Counted from the first letter of the stretch, positions 20,282 through 31,092 are shown. The stretch: DNA of 64,000 nucleotides from Acidobacteria bacterium UBA823 (GCA_002296225.1 DBHR01000015.1:26079-90078), one strand, 5' to 3'. Notes: generated from the letters alone by a model not told the origin. Translations and numbers: made by a program.

Positions 20282-23254
20282 TCAAAACGCCTGTCCGATG
20301 CTCACGTGCAGAGCCGTCAGACCCTCTCTGGTGCCACTGCCAAAATCACGCCGGTCAAGCTTGAACCCAAGGTCAATCCGAATTGGCCCGATGGGCGATC
20401 GGTAGCGCAACCCAAAGCCAGCGCCGCCTCGCAGCCGGCCAAGTTCCATCGTGCTGACGGTCTCGAACACGTTTCCTACATCCAGGAACGCGACGGCCCC
20501 AACATTGCCCCAAACCGGAAAGCGTAGCTCGTTATTAATGATAATCAGGCCGTTGCCGCCCTGGGGGAATCCGTTTTGGTCGATCGTCGATTCATCGCCC
20601 AACCGGTCGAGCGCAAAGCCCCGCACTGTCGTGGAGCCCCCAGCAAAAAACCTCTCGCTCGCAGGGAGGTCCTGAACCACAGTCTCGAGTGGCTGGCCGT
20701 TGGAAGCGAGAACAAAATTCCCGGCGTCATCGGTAACCTTGGCGGTCCGGGGGAAACCGGCGGCCAACCCCACCCGGAGTCCCGTCGCGTAGACGACCGA
20801 CGACGACCCGCCTAAGCGCCGGTATAGAAACGCGTGCATCAGCATCTTTGCAAAACCGACCTCAGAGCCGATCGTCCGGCCGGCCAACCCGGTGTCAACA
20901 CTCAGAAGTTCGCCTCGCGTTGGCTCGAAGGGATCATCACGGCGATCCCGGATGAACGTCCCCGAAAACGTCGACAGCGCGATCCCGGGAAACAGTCGGT
21001 CGATGAGGCGCTCTTCCTCGGCATTGAACTGCTCGTCGAACAACCGATCCTTGTTGAACGTATAGCCGCCACTAAGGCTCGCGGTGGAGCCGAGAGGGCG
21101 CCGCCACTCGACGCGCACGCCGCGCTGCCGAAGGCTAAAGCTCGATCGAATCGATTGCTCCAAGAAGGTCGAAACTAGAAGCTCGGCAGCCGAGCCGAAG
21201 GCGCGCGGCTCGCGAAACGTGCCGAGTACCCGATACTCGTTGAGTCCGAACTCGCCAGAACCATCGTCGACCTCACGTTCGTTCCGCGACCGGAGACTCG
21301 CGCGGACGAATAGATCGACCGACCGATTTTTACCCCACAGATTCCGGCGTCCGATTTCAAAGAAACCACGCGGTGCAAACTCGATCCGCTCGACTGCAAA
21401 TCCACCTGCTGCGCGCCCTTGACGTAGCCTGGTCCCAACTTCAAATCCCCCGCCGTAGCCAAGTGTGGTCGCTGGCGCCTCCTCCACCGCGACAAGGACA
21501 TCACGCCGTGTGTCGCTACCGTGGCTGATGTCTGTGATTCTGATCCGCCGAAACAGTCCAAGCGCACTCAAACGCCGCCGACTCTCAGCAAGCCGGTCCT
21601 GGCTGAGCGGTTGACCTGGTACCAGCGTCAGCTCACGGCGGATCGTGGCGGCACTGACACGGAACTGCCCGGCAATCAGCACGTGCTCAACGAGAATCTG
21701 TGCACCGGCTTCGATCACGTAAATGAGATCGACCTGGTGGGTGTCAGGATCGAAAGAAGCGTCGACGCGGACGCTCGCCGACTCGTAGCCTAAACTAAGC
21801 AATTCCTGCAGGATCGCATCGCGGTCGGCCAAGGCGATGGAGCGTTCGTAGGCCTCTCCGGCGCCTGCCGTAATCGCCCCTTCGAGCCGCGTGGATACCG
21901 ACTTGGGCGCACCCTCGATCGAAATGGAGCGGACGCGCTGGCGGGGCCCCTCGGTCACAGTGATACGAAAATGCGCGATGGGCCCAGAGCCGGAAGGACC
22001 TGGCTCCTCGACGACTTGCATCTCCACGCGCGCGTCCGAATAGCCAGCTTCCCGGTAGGCTTCGGCCATCGCGGCAACACCGACGGCGAAACTCGCCTCC
22101 ACGAACGGGTCACCACTAGCAACCCCAAGCCGATCCTCGAGCACCGAGCGCGGGAACGTTTCGTAGCCCTCGATCTCAATGCGACCAACCCGCACAAGGG
22201 GTCCCTGGTCGACGTGAAAGACGATTCGGAGTTCTAGGTCGGCGGCGGTTCGTCTGTAGTTGACCACTGCCCGGGGGAAGCCGAGTCGCCACAGATAGTC
22301 CAAGAGCCGACGGCTGGAATCCTCGAGTAAATCCTCATCGACCGAACTCTCCTGGGCTACCGGCACGAGGGTCTCTCGAATCTCCGATGGCAGCGGGTCA
22401 CCCTCGAACTCGACCGATACCCGTGGTCCCGGGTCTATCGTCAAGGTCAAGTCGATCTGGCGTCCATCGGACCGGCCTGCGATGGCATGGCCGACAACCA
22501 CCTCGAAGTATCCCCTATCCCTCAAATTGTCAGCGTAGTCGGCCAACCGCCGCTCAAGCGCTTCCCGCGCGTAATACTCCCCGATTCGGAGATTGAGCCG
22601 GCGGAAGATCACGGGCTCCGGCTGGAGGACCGGGCCGTCGATGGTGAGAGTCGCAAGGCGAGCGCGCTCACCGGCAGACACCTCGAGGTCCAGTGTCGTC
22701 AGGCCGCCGCCTCGGTCAATCGGAGAGGTCGCAATACGCGCCTTCAGGTAACCCTCGTCGCTATAGACCCCGCGCAGGACCTCAGCAACGTCGGCCATCT
22801 GATCGAATCGCGGGCGGGCACCATAGCGTTCGGCGATCGCCTCGCGCAGGCGACGTCGAGCCAGTTTAAGGTCGCCCCGGAATGCGAGTCGATCGACGAT
22901 CCGGACGGGCGTTAACTCGTATTGAAGTGCGACGCCGCCTCCACGCGGGCTCGCATCCACGCGGATATCGCTGAACCGAGCCAAGCTAAAAAGATGCCAA
23001 ATGCTTTCGCGGACGTCGGCCATCGACAGTGGCGTACCGACGCGCGTTACAACCAGCTCATCACTTCCAGGGGGTGGCTCGGTGCCGTCAAAATCAAGAT
23101 TCACCTCAACGATCGGGAGTCCCAGGTAGTCACGGACATCGGCCACCGCCCCCGGGGCATAGCTGAGCCAGCCCCCGAGTACAAGGATAGGCAGGCACCT
23201 TGCAGCCCACGGCCGACGGCCTGTGGGTCCCGGCGAGCGATCGACTAGCACCAT
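20282..23254 (-). CDS. Omp85-family outer-membrane protein assembly factor (BamA/TamA-like), 990 aa
   Basis: Repeated POTRA-like units, each ending in a ...G(Y/F)..A.V-type segment. The C-terminal beta-barrel carries GGSTTVRGF...RYRSPIGPIRIDLGF. The terminal residue is Phe. Confidence 0.85.
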   Translation of the reverse strand: MVLVDRSPGPTGRRPWAARCLPILVLGGWLSYAPGAVADVRDYLGLPIVEVNLDFDGTEPPPGSDELVVTRVGTPLSMADVRESIWHLFSLARFSDIRVDASPRGGGVALQYELTPVRIVDRLAFRGDLKLARRRLREAIAERYGARPRFDQMADVAEVLRGVYSDEGYLKARIATSPIDRGGGLTTLDLEVSAGERARLATLTIDGPVLQPEPVIFRRLNLRIGEYYAREALERRLADYADNLRDRGYFEVVVGHAIAGRSDGRQIDLTLTIDPGPRVSVEFEGDPLPSEIRETLVPVAQESSVDEDLLEDSSRRLLDYLWRLGFPRAVVNYRRTAADLELRIVFHVDQGPLVRVGRIEIEGYETFPRSVLEDRLGVASGDPFVEASFAVGVAAMAEAYREAGYSDARVEMQVVEEPGPSGSGPIAHFRITVTEGPRQRVRSISIEGAPKSVSTRLEGAITAGAGEAYERSIALADRDAILQELLSLGYESASVRVDASFDPDTHQVDLIYVIEAGAQILVEHVLIAGQFRVSAATIRRELTLVPGQPLSQDRLAESRRRLSALGLFRRIRITDISHGSDTRRDVLVAVEEAPATTLGYGGGFEVGTRLRQGRAAGGFAVERIEFAPRGFFEIGRRNLWGKNRSVDLFVRASLRSRNEREVDDGSGEFGLNEYRVLGTFREPRAFGSAAELLVSTFLEQSIRSSFSLRQRGVRVEWRRPLGSTASLSGGYTFNKDRLFDEQFNAEEERLIDRLFPGIALSTFSGTFIRDRRDDPFEPTRGELLSVDTGLAGRTIGSEVGFAKMLMHAFLYRRLGGSSSVVYATGLRVGLAAGFPRTAKVTDDAGNFVLASNGQPLETVVQDLPASERFFAGGSTTVRGFALDRLGDESTIDQNGFPQGGNGLIIINNELRFPVWGNVGAVAFLDVGNVFETVSTMELGRLRGGAGFGLRYRSPIGPIRIDLGFKLDRRDFGSGTREGLTALHVSIGQAF

Positions 23255-23255
23255 G

Positions 23256-26200
23256 CTAGAAGGCGTGCCGCACGCGGAAGTCGACCGCGTAGGTGCGGTC
23301 TTCGTTTTGAGACAGGACCCACGAAAGGCGATCGCTCTGGTCGTACTCTAGCAGGATGAGCAAATCGCGCTCGCCGCCCGTGAGGGCGCGCGATAGGGTC
23401 AAGTACGCACGGCCTGAGACACGTTTGCCAATGGTCAGCCGCGCCGTCGGCGTTAGCTGGGCAGTCTGTCGCGAGGTCGCGTCGCTCAACGACGGCGTAA
23501 TCTGGAAGCTGTCTACACCGAAGGACTCCTCGAACACCTGACCGACGCCGGAGGAAATCGGACTTGTAAGCAGCTGTGCCGCCCGCGCCTGGAGCAATTG
23601 TTGCTCGGTCTCGGTCCCCGCGCGAATCGCCCTAAGCTCGCCCTCAGCTGGATCGTGGACGCCACCGAACAGCAGGGCAAGGATGTCGGCCGGCGGCAAG
23701 GGTGGATCAGAAGTGAGCCCGGGGACGAACCGTTCGGCCGTACCGGCAGCGTGGAAGATCACCCGATAGATTTGCCCAGGCACCCGCACGCTCGTTTCGG
23801 CCTCTACGTCGAAGAACGGATCAATCTTTATCGGATCGCTGAAATCAATGCTCCCGCTAGTTACAAAGTACCGGTTACCCTCAAAGAACACTTCGCCACG
23901 ATCGATCTCCATGTAGCCCAATACCTGCGGCTGCTGGGCCGTCCCCTGCACCATGAGCTCAGCACTGGCGGTAACGCGGGCGTTCTTGTCCTCAAGCCGG
24001 AGCGTCCCAGGGGCATTGATCTGCACGTCGTATCGCATCGGAAACACTGATGCGGTATCGCTTTCCGAATCATTCGTGTGGGTCCAGCTACCGAAATTCA
24101 GAAACTCCGTGTTAGCCTCAAATTGCTGGACCCAGGTCGCGTCGGTTACCTCTACAGTGCCGGACAGGACCGGATTTTCGAACGGCCCCTGCAGCAAGAG
24201 GTTAGCGTCGATGACCGAGCGGATCCCCTCAGGGTAGCGCAGCTGCATCGCCTTGCCAGCAAGCGTCATGTTCACCTCGCCAGGTAGATAACCATCGAGA
24301 CCAATCCGCCCACCGAACTGCACCGGACCGCCGCCGAGCGTGGCCGACAGATCATCCAGATGGATGCCATCGGCATCGAAGACGACGCGTCCATTTGCCG
24401 CTTCCACTGAGTGCGGTAGGGAGAAGAGCCGAAGGCGCCCGTCGGTCACGGCCGCGAACCCGGTTAGCACCGGCGTGTCGATCGGGCCACGGATTTCGGC
24501 CACCAGCTCCGCGTTGCCCGAGCTACGGATATCGCCGATAAAGCCTTGAAGGATACCCAAGTTCGCGTCGCCCATGGCACGAATGGCGACCTCATCGGCT
24601 CGCAGACGAATCTCGCCGGTGAGTTCGAGAGCGGTGCCCTCCCCTTCCAACTGCATCCGCTCAATGCGAACGACCTCCTGGTCAAGGGCAACCAAGATCG
24701 GACTTTCGTTGCGAATCTCGTAGTCGAAGAGCACCAGCTGCAGCTGGTCAATAGTCGCGTCCACCAAGAGATGCTCGAGATTGCCAAGTTCACCCACGAC
24801 CCGCGTCGAGCCACTCGCGAGGAGTGTGGTATACAGCGGAAGCCGCGGCTCGAAGAGCCGCACGTAGGGCCCAAGCGACGTGTCGGTAAATCGAATCGTC
24901 AGTTCGGTGTCGACCTCCGCCGTCAACGCGACGCGGCCTAACGCTGACACCGCCAGTCTGGATGAGGCCGCTTCGATCTCGATCGTCGCTTCCTCGTTCC
25001 TTACGCCAATGCGCCCGGTCACCTGCCCCACCTCCTCATCACTGACGAAAAGATCGTCCACGCGACCGCGAATATCGTACTCCGGAGTTTCGAACGCCCC
25101 GACGCCGGACGCGGTAAACTGAAGCGTTCCTGACAGTGGCAAGTGTTCATTCCGCACCGTCACCATCTCCACCATTGGAATCCCGCGACCGTCCGCGTTG
25201 AACGTGTAGGTACCTCTCCAGTCGACGAACGCGGCGCCGGTGATGACGCCTGCGCCTTTGGCCATCTCGACACCATCGAGCCGTACGCCCGCGCCTTCAA
25301 ACCTGAGCCCAGCGGTCCCAGACTCGATTGGCTCGCCGTACGCCGTCGCATCGCGGATGGACATCCGGCCGAACCCCAACGGCGACGCGTATGGGCCGTA
25401 GAGATGAAACTCGCCAGATAGCGGACCTTTGACGCGATACGCCCCCTGACCAAACGCCGTGAGAAAGTCCGTCGCGGGGCGATCGGCGATCTGAAACGTT
25501 GCATTAATTTCCTCGCCGCCGTCCATCCGCGGATAGCTAAAAGCAAACCGTCCGTCGAGCTGGATCTCCGAGCCGCCGTCGATCACGTTTCCATGCGCGA
25601 CGTCGACGTATCCGTCCTCGACGATCACGTCACCCGTCCATCGGCCCCACAACACGTCCCAGAGACGCAATCCGTCAGCGACAAACGCCCCCTCGATCCG
25701 CGGGCTTGAAAACGACCCCTGCATGACGCCGTCGAACGTGCCCCTCCCGGCAACTTCGACCTCACTTGTCGGCCGTCCGAAGGCGGTCAACAGGCCAGCG
25801 AGTACTTGGTCGCTCTCCTGCCAGTCGATGCTAGTCACATGAAACGGGATCTCAGAATTGCCGCCATACGCGGTCCGTCCCTCGAACAGAATACGTGTCC
25901 GCGGCGTAGCGACCCAGTTCCCACGCTCAAAGTCGACCCACTCCGGTCCCAGCCGGTAGTTCGCTAACCCACCGACCGAAAAACGCCTGAACGGTGCAGA
26001 CGGCGCTGCCTCGCGCGGGCCGCGCGCTCTGTTCGACTGAACGACCGGCCCATCTTGAAGCGGGACGCCCTCTGGCGGGGCCGCTTCAAGGTGCCCTTCG
26101 CCCTCGTGTTCGCTGAACCGGCCACGCGGCCACGACATCCGGTTCCACCCCGAAGCCCGCCCCGCCAGACGGGCGCCGTCGAGCGCAAGTTCGTCGGTGA

Positions 26201-27359
26201 GCGACGTCAGGTCGATATCCCGATAACTCACATCGAAACGGGCAGTGTTGCCATCGGGAAGACCGGGTGACGTCAGGGCGTATTCGAACTGCAGCAGGCC
26301 ATCGTGATACACCGAGGAGGCATCGAACACGTCGAAGTCATCACCGCGCCAGTGAAGCGACCCAGACAGTTCTGGAAACGAATGGTTGTTTATCGTCGCG
26401 AGGTCGCTTCCGAAATCCCCGCGGAGGTCGTATCCACCTTTAAAGAAATGGTAGGTTCCGTCGAACCTCCCCATCCCACCAGCAGTGAACGGATCGTCGG
26501 CGAAAAAGATGTCCCGAAGAACCGAAAGTTCAGCATCAGATCGTACCGTGTAGGTCTGCTCGGGCCAGTTCATCGTCTCCACCACACCCGTCAGATGAGA
26601 GTCGGCGCCGTCTGTCTGTAAGTCAATACGATCAAAGACCAAGTTGGCGTCTTCGATCTTGAAGTCCGCCTGCATCGACGCCGTCATCGGCTCGAATGAC
26701 CCGATCTGCACCGTCCCGTCCGAGAACGCGGCGGTTCCCTGGTAATCCAGAAGCTTAGTGCCCGTGACATCGAGGTTGCGTGCTACGGCGCTCCAGTCTG
26801 ACCCGTAGTCATCGTAGGTAAGCGTCCCACGATGAGCGCGCACGGAACTGAGCGTCGTGACGAACCAGTTGCCGCCGTTACGACCATCTTCCCCGTCCGC
26901 ATCGCCCGCGAGATCCGGAAACGTGTGCCGCCCGTCGGGGAAGCTCTCGACGACCATCTCCCAATCGGTCATTTCGATGGAATCGAAGAGGATCTCGCGA
27001 CGGGCCAGCGACGACCAAGGCATCGATACGACAATGCGGTCCGCTCGCAAGAACGGGCGATCGGCAGGTGTCGGCCCTTCAATGATCAGGTCCTCGACTA
27101 GGAAACGACCGAGGAAGAGATAGATCGACAGCTTGCCGATCCGTGCTGGCCGACGGACCTGCTGAAATACAGCCTCCTCGGCTTGCGCGCGGAGCGCTGG
27201 GCCCAAATCTACAGTGACACTCGTCACCACAAAGACCGCCACGACCAGACCAACCAGGCTCAGGCCGCGGGGTAGCCGGGCCTTCCACCACCTCACCCGC
27301 TCAGCAGCGGGCACGGACATCGTCGCGTCAACCTTTGGTTCTTGCCTCGATTCCGTCAT
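23256..27359 (-). CDS. tamB: TamB-like translocation and assembly module protein (AsmA-like/DUF490 C-terminus), 1367 aa
   Basis: A single N-terminal TM helix (LSLVGLVVAVFVVTSVTV) is followed by a very long beta-rich body. The C-terminal block ...LTIGKRVSGRAYLTLSR...LLEYDQSDRLSW...FRVRHAF is typical of TamB. Confidence 0.8.
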   Translation of the reverse strand: MTESRQEPKVDATMSVPAAERVRWWKARLPRGLSLVGLVVAVFVVTSVTVDLGPALRAQAEEAVFQQVRRPARIGKLSIYLFLGRFLVEDLIIEGPTPADRPFLRADRIVVSMPWSSLARREILFDSIEMTDWEMVVESFPDGRHTFPDLAGDADGEDGRNGGNWFVTTLSSVRAHRGTLTYDDYGSDWSAVARNLDVTGTKLLDYQGTAAFSDGTVQIGSFEPMTASMQADFKIEDANLVFDRIDLQTDGADSHLTGVVETMNWPEQTYTVRSDAELSVLRDIFFADDPFTAGGMGRFDGTYHFFKGGYDLRGDFGSDLATINNHSFPELSGSLHWRGDDFDVFDASSVYHDGLLQFEYALTSPGLPDGNTARFDVSYRDIDLTSLTDELALDGARLAGRASGWNRMSWPRGRFSEHEGEGHLEAAPPEGVPLQDGPVVQSNRARGPREAAPSAPFRRFSVGGLANYRLGPEWVDFERGNWVATPRTRILFEGRTAYGGNSEIPFHVTSIDWQESDQVLAGLLTAFGRPTSEVEVAGRGTFDGVMQGSFSSPRIEGAFVADGLRLWDVLWGRWTGDVIVEDGYVDVAHGNVIDGGSEIQLDGRFAFSYPRMDGGEEINATFQIADRPATDFLTAFGQGAYRVKGPLSGEFHLYGPYASPLGFGRMSIRDATAYGEPIESGTAGLRFEGAGVRLDGVEMAKGAGVITGAAFVDWRGTYTFNADGRGIPMVEMVTVRNEHLPLSGTLQFTASGVGAFETPEYDIRGRVDDLFVSDEEVGQVTGRIGVRNEEATIEIEAASSRLAVSALGRVALTAEVDTELTIRFTDTSLGPYVRLFEPRLPLYTTLLASGSTRVVGELGNLEHLLVDATIDQLQLVLFDYEIRNESPILVALDQEVVRIERMQLEGEGTALELTGEIRLRADEVAIRAMGDANLGILQGFIGDIRSSGNAELVAEIRGPIDTPVLTGFAAVTDGRLRLFSLPHSVEAANGRVVFDADGIHLDDLSATLGGGPVQFGGRIGLDGYLPGEVNMTLAGKAMQLRYPEGIRSVIDANLLLQGPFENPVLSGTVEVTDATWVQQFEANTEFLNFGSWTHTNDSESDTASVFPMRYDVQINAPGTLRLEDKNARVTASAELMVQGTAQQPQVLGYMEIDRGEVFFEGNRYFVTSGSIDFSDPIKIDPFFDVEAETSVRVPGQIYRVIFHAAGTAERFVPGLTSDPPLPPADILALLFGGVHDPAEGELRAIRAGTETEQQLLQARAAQLLTSPISSGVGQVFEESFGVDSFQITPSLSDATSRQTAQLTPTARLTIGKRVSGRAYLTLSRALTGGERDLLILLEYDQSDRLSWVLSQNEDRTYAVDFRVRHAF

Positions 27360-27382
27360 CCGTAACCCACTCGTTCAACCAA

Positions 27383-27898
27383 TCACTCAACCGTAGCCAA
27401 CAGTTGCCCGGCTTCAACCACCATCCCTTTGTGAGCGGCAATTTCCCCTACGCGCCCACCCCGTGGCGCCACTAGGGCGTTCTCCATTTTCATCGCCTCA
27501 ACGACTATGAGCTCCTGTTGCTCGACCACTTCGTCGCCAACCGAAACCATCACCCTTACAACGCGGCCGGGCATGGGAGCGACCACTTCCCTACGGCCAG
27601 CCGCACCCGGTCCCTCAGACAGACGGCCTACGCGCCCACCACCGACGACCGCGCGAAACACCCCCTCACAAAGTTGGACATCAAGGTGCCCTCGGAGGCC
27701 AGCAGCAGTCACCGTCATTTCGTGGCTCGTCGGAGCGCCATCGAGACGAATGATCGATAGCCTGCCACCACCGAGCCGGCGGGCATCAATCATGTGGCGT
27801 CGGCCGCCCACGTTCACCCGTAAACGATGTTCCTGCGACGGCGACCGCTCGACCGTCACTGTTCGTACCAGCCCGTTGACCTCAATCTCCACACGCAT
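27383..27898 (-). CDS. Biotin carboxyl carrier protein with N-terminal extension
   Basis: The C-terminal biotinyl domain carries EAMKMEN. About 100 residues upstream have no BCCP-like Pro/Ala linker. Confidence 0.8.
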   Translation of the reverse strand: MRVEIEVNGLVRTVTVERSPSQEHRLRVNVGGRRHMIDARRLGGGRLSIIRLDGAPTSHEMTVTAAGLRGHLDVQLCEGVFRAVVGGGRVGRLSEGPGAAGRREVVAPMPGRVVRVMVSVGDEVVEQQELIVVEAMKMENALVAPRGGRVGEIAAHKGMVVEAGQLLATVE

Positions 27899-27910
27899 AC
27901 GTCAAGCGGG

Positions 27911-29425
27911 TCAGGCGCGAAGTGCGTCCGCCCGAGCGACACGACGCCACGTGGAGCCTCCATCCACGTTCACCGTCGCATCTTGGCTGCCTGCCTCCAT
28001 GAATACGTGCACCGCCGCGCCAATTACAGCGAGTTCCTCCGCCTCGGATGACGGCTCCACGAATGGGCGGCCACCGCGTTCGGCCAGGGTTGTATCAATA
28101 AACGTCGTGTCCAAGGGTCCCGCGGCGAACGCGTCGGAGCGCAACAACCAGCGAAAGAACGGCACCGTTGTCTTAATGCCCTGGATTTCGTATTCGTCCA
28201 TCGCCCTGCGCATCCTAGCGATGGCGTGCGGGCGATCCGCTCCCCAAGCCACCACCTTCGAAATCAATGGATCGTAAAAAAGCGGCACCTCACCACCCAC
28301 AACGGCGCAACTGTCCTCGCGAATGCCGGGCCCCGAAGGTGCCCGGAGACCGCGAAGCCGCCCTGGTGAGGGCAAGAACAACGCATCGGGGTCCTCGGTA
28401 TACACCCGGCATTCGATTGCGTGCCCGGTCGGCGTAAGCGCTCGGTCGACTGCGATATCGAGCGCCTCACCCAGAGCGATGCGAAATTGCCACCGGACCA
28501 AGTCGACCCCCGTGACCGCCTCGGTCACACCGTGCTCAACCTGCAATCGCGTGTTCATCTCAAGAAAATAAAACGCGCCCGACGCATCGACCAAAAATTC
28601 GACGGTGCCGGCGTTTGTGTAGCCGACCGCTCGGGCAATCGACACGGCCGCGTCGGCCATAGCCGCCCTGCGGTCAAGCGGCATACCAAAGGCCGGCGAT
28701 TCCTCGACCACTTTCTGATGCCGGCGTTGAATCGAGCATTCCCGTTCAACGAATGGTACGACCGTACCGTACTCGTCGGCGAGCACCTGGACTTCGACAT
28801 GGCGTGGACACTGCAGCTGACGTTCGAGATAAACAGCGCTATCGCCAAACGCCGATTCCGATTCCGATCGCGCTCCGGCGAGGGCCGCAACAAGCCCAGA
28901 CGGCTCAGTGACAAGCCGCATTCCTTTGCCGCCCCCACCAGCTACCGGCTTGATGAACAGCGGATAGCCGATCCCGGCAGCGAGGGTGACCAACTCATCG
29001 TCAGGAAGCTCCGGGTCGATTGGCGCGTCCGTGCCGGGCACGACGGGAACGCCGGCGGAAACCGCCGCCTCGCGCGCCGCCACCTTCCCGCCCATTAGCG
29101 TGATCACGTCAGCCGACGGACCGACGAACACCCGACCGACCGCGCGGACCGCGGCGGCGAACTCAGCATTCTCCGCTAAGAAGCCGTATCCAGGATGGAC
29201 CGCCCACACGTCGGCGCGTTCGGCGACCTCGACCAGTTTGTCAATGCGTAAGTAGCTATCACGCGGCTCACTTGCACCAATAGCGTACGCCTCATCGGCA
29301 TAGGTGACGTGGGCCGCAGTACGGTCGCACTCGGAGTACACCGCCACGCTGCTGAAGCCCATTTCGCGACAGGCTCGCATGATTCGAATGGCGATTTCGC
29401 CACGATTGGCGACCAAGACCCTCAT
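27911..29425 (-). CDS. Biotin carboxylase subunit (ATP-grasp) of an acyl-CoA carboxylase
   Basis: ATG at 29425 gives MRVLVANRGEIAIRI... with full biotin-carboxylase motifs and a roughly 50-aa C-terminal tail. Confidence 0.9.
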   Translation of the reverse strand: MRVLVANRGEIAIRIMRACREMGFSSVAVYSECDRTAAHVTYADEAYAIGASEPRDSYLRIDKLVEVAERADVWAVHPGYGFLAENAEFAAAVRAVGRVFVGPSADVITLMGGKVAAREAAVSAGVPVVPGTDAPIDPELPDDELVTLAAGIGYPLFIKPVAGGGGKGMRLVTEPSGLVAALAGARSESESAFGDSAVYLERQLQCPRHVEVQVLADEYGTVVPFVERECSIQRRHQKVVEESPAFGMPLDRRAAMADAAVSIARAVGYTNAGTVEFLVDASGAFYFLEMNTRLQVEHGVTEAVTGVDLVRWQFRIALGEALDIAVDRALTPTGHAIECRVYTEDPDALFLPSPGRLRGLRAPSGPGIREDSCAVVGGEVPLFYDPLISKVVAWGADRPHAIARMRRAMDEYEIQGIKTTVPFFRWLLRSDAFAAGPLDTTFIDTTLAERGGRPFVEPSSEAEELAVIGAAVHVFMEAGSQDATVNVDGGSTWRRVARADALRA

Positions 29426-29526
29426 GTTGTGCTTACCGCCCACGCAGCACCGAAACAACGAGCAGAAGGGCGCACAAGGCGCGAGATCTGCCTTTTATTC
29501 TAGCACTTAAGGAGCAGCAACCAGCT

Positions 29527-31071
29527 TTAGAGCGGGATGTTGCCGTGCTTTTTAGGTGGATTTTTGTCCCGCTTGTTAGTGAGGCTAGCAAAGGCGGCAA
29601 CCAGCGTCCGACGGGTTCGCCGAGGCTGGATCACCGCATCAAGATAACCCCGCGCCGCGGCGGTGTAAGGATTGGCGAACTTCTCACGGAACTCAAGGAT
29701 CTTTTCAGCACGCAGGGCATCAGGATCCGCGGCGGCTTCAAGCTCCTTTTTGTACAGTACGTTGACGGCACCTTCCGGCCCCATGACGGAAATCTCGGCT
29801 GTCGGCCACGCGTAATTGAGGTCGGTGCGAAGGTGTTTGCTCGCCATCACACAGTAGGCACCGCCGTACGCCTTCCGGGTAATAACCGTGACCTTGGGAA
29901 CAGTCGCCTCCGCGAAGGCGTATAAGAGTTTCGCACCATGGCGGATAATGCCGCCATGCTCTTGCTGGGTGCCGGGTAAGAAACCTGGCACGTCCTCAAA
30001 AGTTAACAGTGGGATGTTGAAAGCGTCGCAGAACCGCACGAAGCGAGCCCCCTTAACTGACGCGTCGATGTCAAGCGTTCCGGCCAGATGCGCCGGCTGG
30101 TTGGCGACGACGCCGACACTGCGCCCGTCGAGACGCACAAAACCAACGACCAGATTCTTGGCAAACTGGCGGTGCACTTCGAGGAAAGCACCATCGTCGG
30201 CGACAGTATGGATGAGCTCAATAATGTCGTAGGGCTGTGTCGGCGACTCTGGTATGAGCTGATCGAGCGCCTCGTCCTCACGATCCACTGGATCGTTAGA
30301 CACAACGATTGGCGGATCATCGAGGTTGTTGCTCGGTAGAAACCCCAGTAGCTCGCGGAGCAGGGATAGGCATCCGCGATCGTCCGCCACAGCGAAATGG
30401 GCAACGCCGCTCGTGGCGTTGTGCGTCGTCGCACCGCCCAACGATTCCATCGTCACCGACTCGTGCGTGACCGTCCGAATGACGTCCGGGCCGGTCACGA
30501 ACATATAACTCGTACGGTCCACCATGACTGTGAAATCAGTGATAGCGGGCGAATACACCGCACCGCCCGCGCAAGGCCCCATGATGGCCGAGAGTTGGGG
30601 CACGACGCCTGACGCCAGAGTGTTACGGAGGAAGATGTCGGCATAACCGCCAAGGGACAACACGCCCTCCTGAATTCTCGCGCCACCAGAGTCGTTGAGG
30701 CCAACGATCGGTGCCCCCATCTTGAGCGCCTGATCCATCAGCTTGACGATCTTGGCAGCGTTAGTCTCTGACAAGGACCCGCCGATGACCGTGAAGTCCT
30801 GGGCAAACGCGTAAACCGTACGGCCATCGACACGACCAAATCCGGCGACGACACCATCGCCTGGCACGACCTGTTCAGCTAAGCCGAAATCGCGGCATCG
30901 GTGCGTCACGAAACGATCGATTTCTTGGAAGGTCCCAGGATCGAAAAAGTAATCGATCCGTTCGCGGGCTGTAAGCTTGCCGGCTGCGTGCTGCCGGGTA
31001 AGACGAGCCTCGCCGCCCGACTCATCAGCGCGCCGCTCAAGATCAGCCAAGGTCTTGTCCGGTGTATTCAT
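29527..31071 (-). CDS. Acyl-CoA carboxylase carboxyltransferase (beta) subunit, propionyl-CoA carboxylase/methylmalonyl-CoA carboxyltransferase type
   Basis: About 514 aa. Two crotonase-like halves with [10 protein letters not shown] and a typical PccB-like C-terminus. Substrate specificity cannot be read from the sequence by eye. Confidence 0.9.
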   Translation of the reverse strand: MNTPDKTLADLERRADESGGEARLTRQHAAGKLTARERIDYFFDPGTFQEIDRFVTHRCRDFGLAEQVVPGDGVVAGFGRVDGRTVYAFAQDFTVIGGSLSETNAAKIVKLMDQALKMGAPIVGLNDSGGARIQEGVLSLGGYADIFLRNTLASGVVPQLSAIMGPCAGGAVYSPAITDFTVMVDRTSYMFVTGPDVIRTVTHESVTMESLGGATTHNATSGVAHFAVADDRGCLSLLRELLGFLPSNNLDDPPIVVSNDPVDREDEALDQLIPESPTQPYDIIELIHTVADDGAFLEVHRQFAKNLVVGFVRLDGRSVGVVANQPAHLAGTLDIDASVKGARFVRFCDAFNIPLLTFEDVPGFLPGTQQEHGGIIRHGAKLLYAFAEATVPKVTVITRKAYGGAYCVMASKHLRTDLNYAWPTAEISVMGPEGAVNVLYKKELEAAADPDALRAEKILEFREKFANPYTAAARGYLDAVIQPRRTRRTLVAAFASLTNKRDKNPPKKHGNIPL

Positions 31072-31092
31072 GATGCCAACAGCCCACACCAG

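Noticed and set aside
27507-28277. Long ORFs antisense to or out of frame with annotated genes. Examples: 27507-28277, 28421-29098, 42521-43384, 19014-19757, 52376-52891, 56072-56626.
   Set aside because: Their products are Arg/Pro/Ser/Thr-rich and low in complexity, and carry no motifs. They lie entirely inside strongly supported genes. This is the usual stop-codon-poor artefact of GC-rich DNA.
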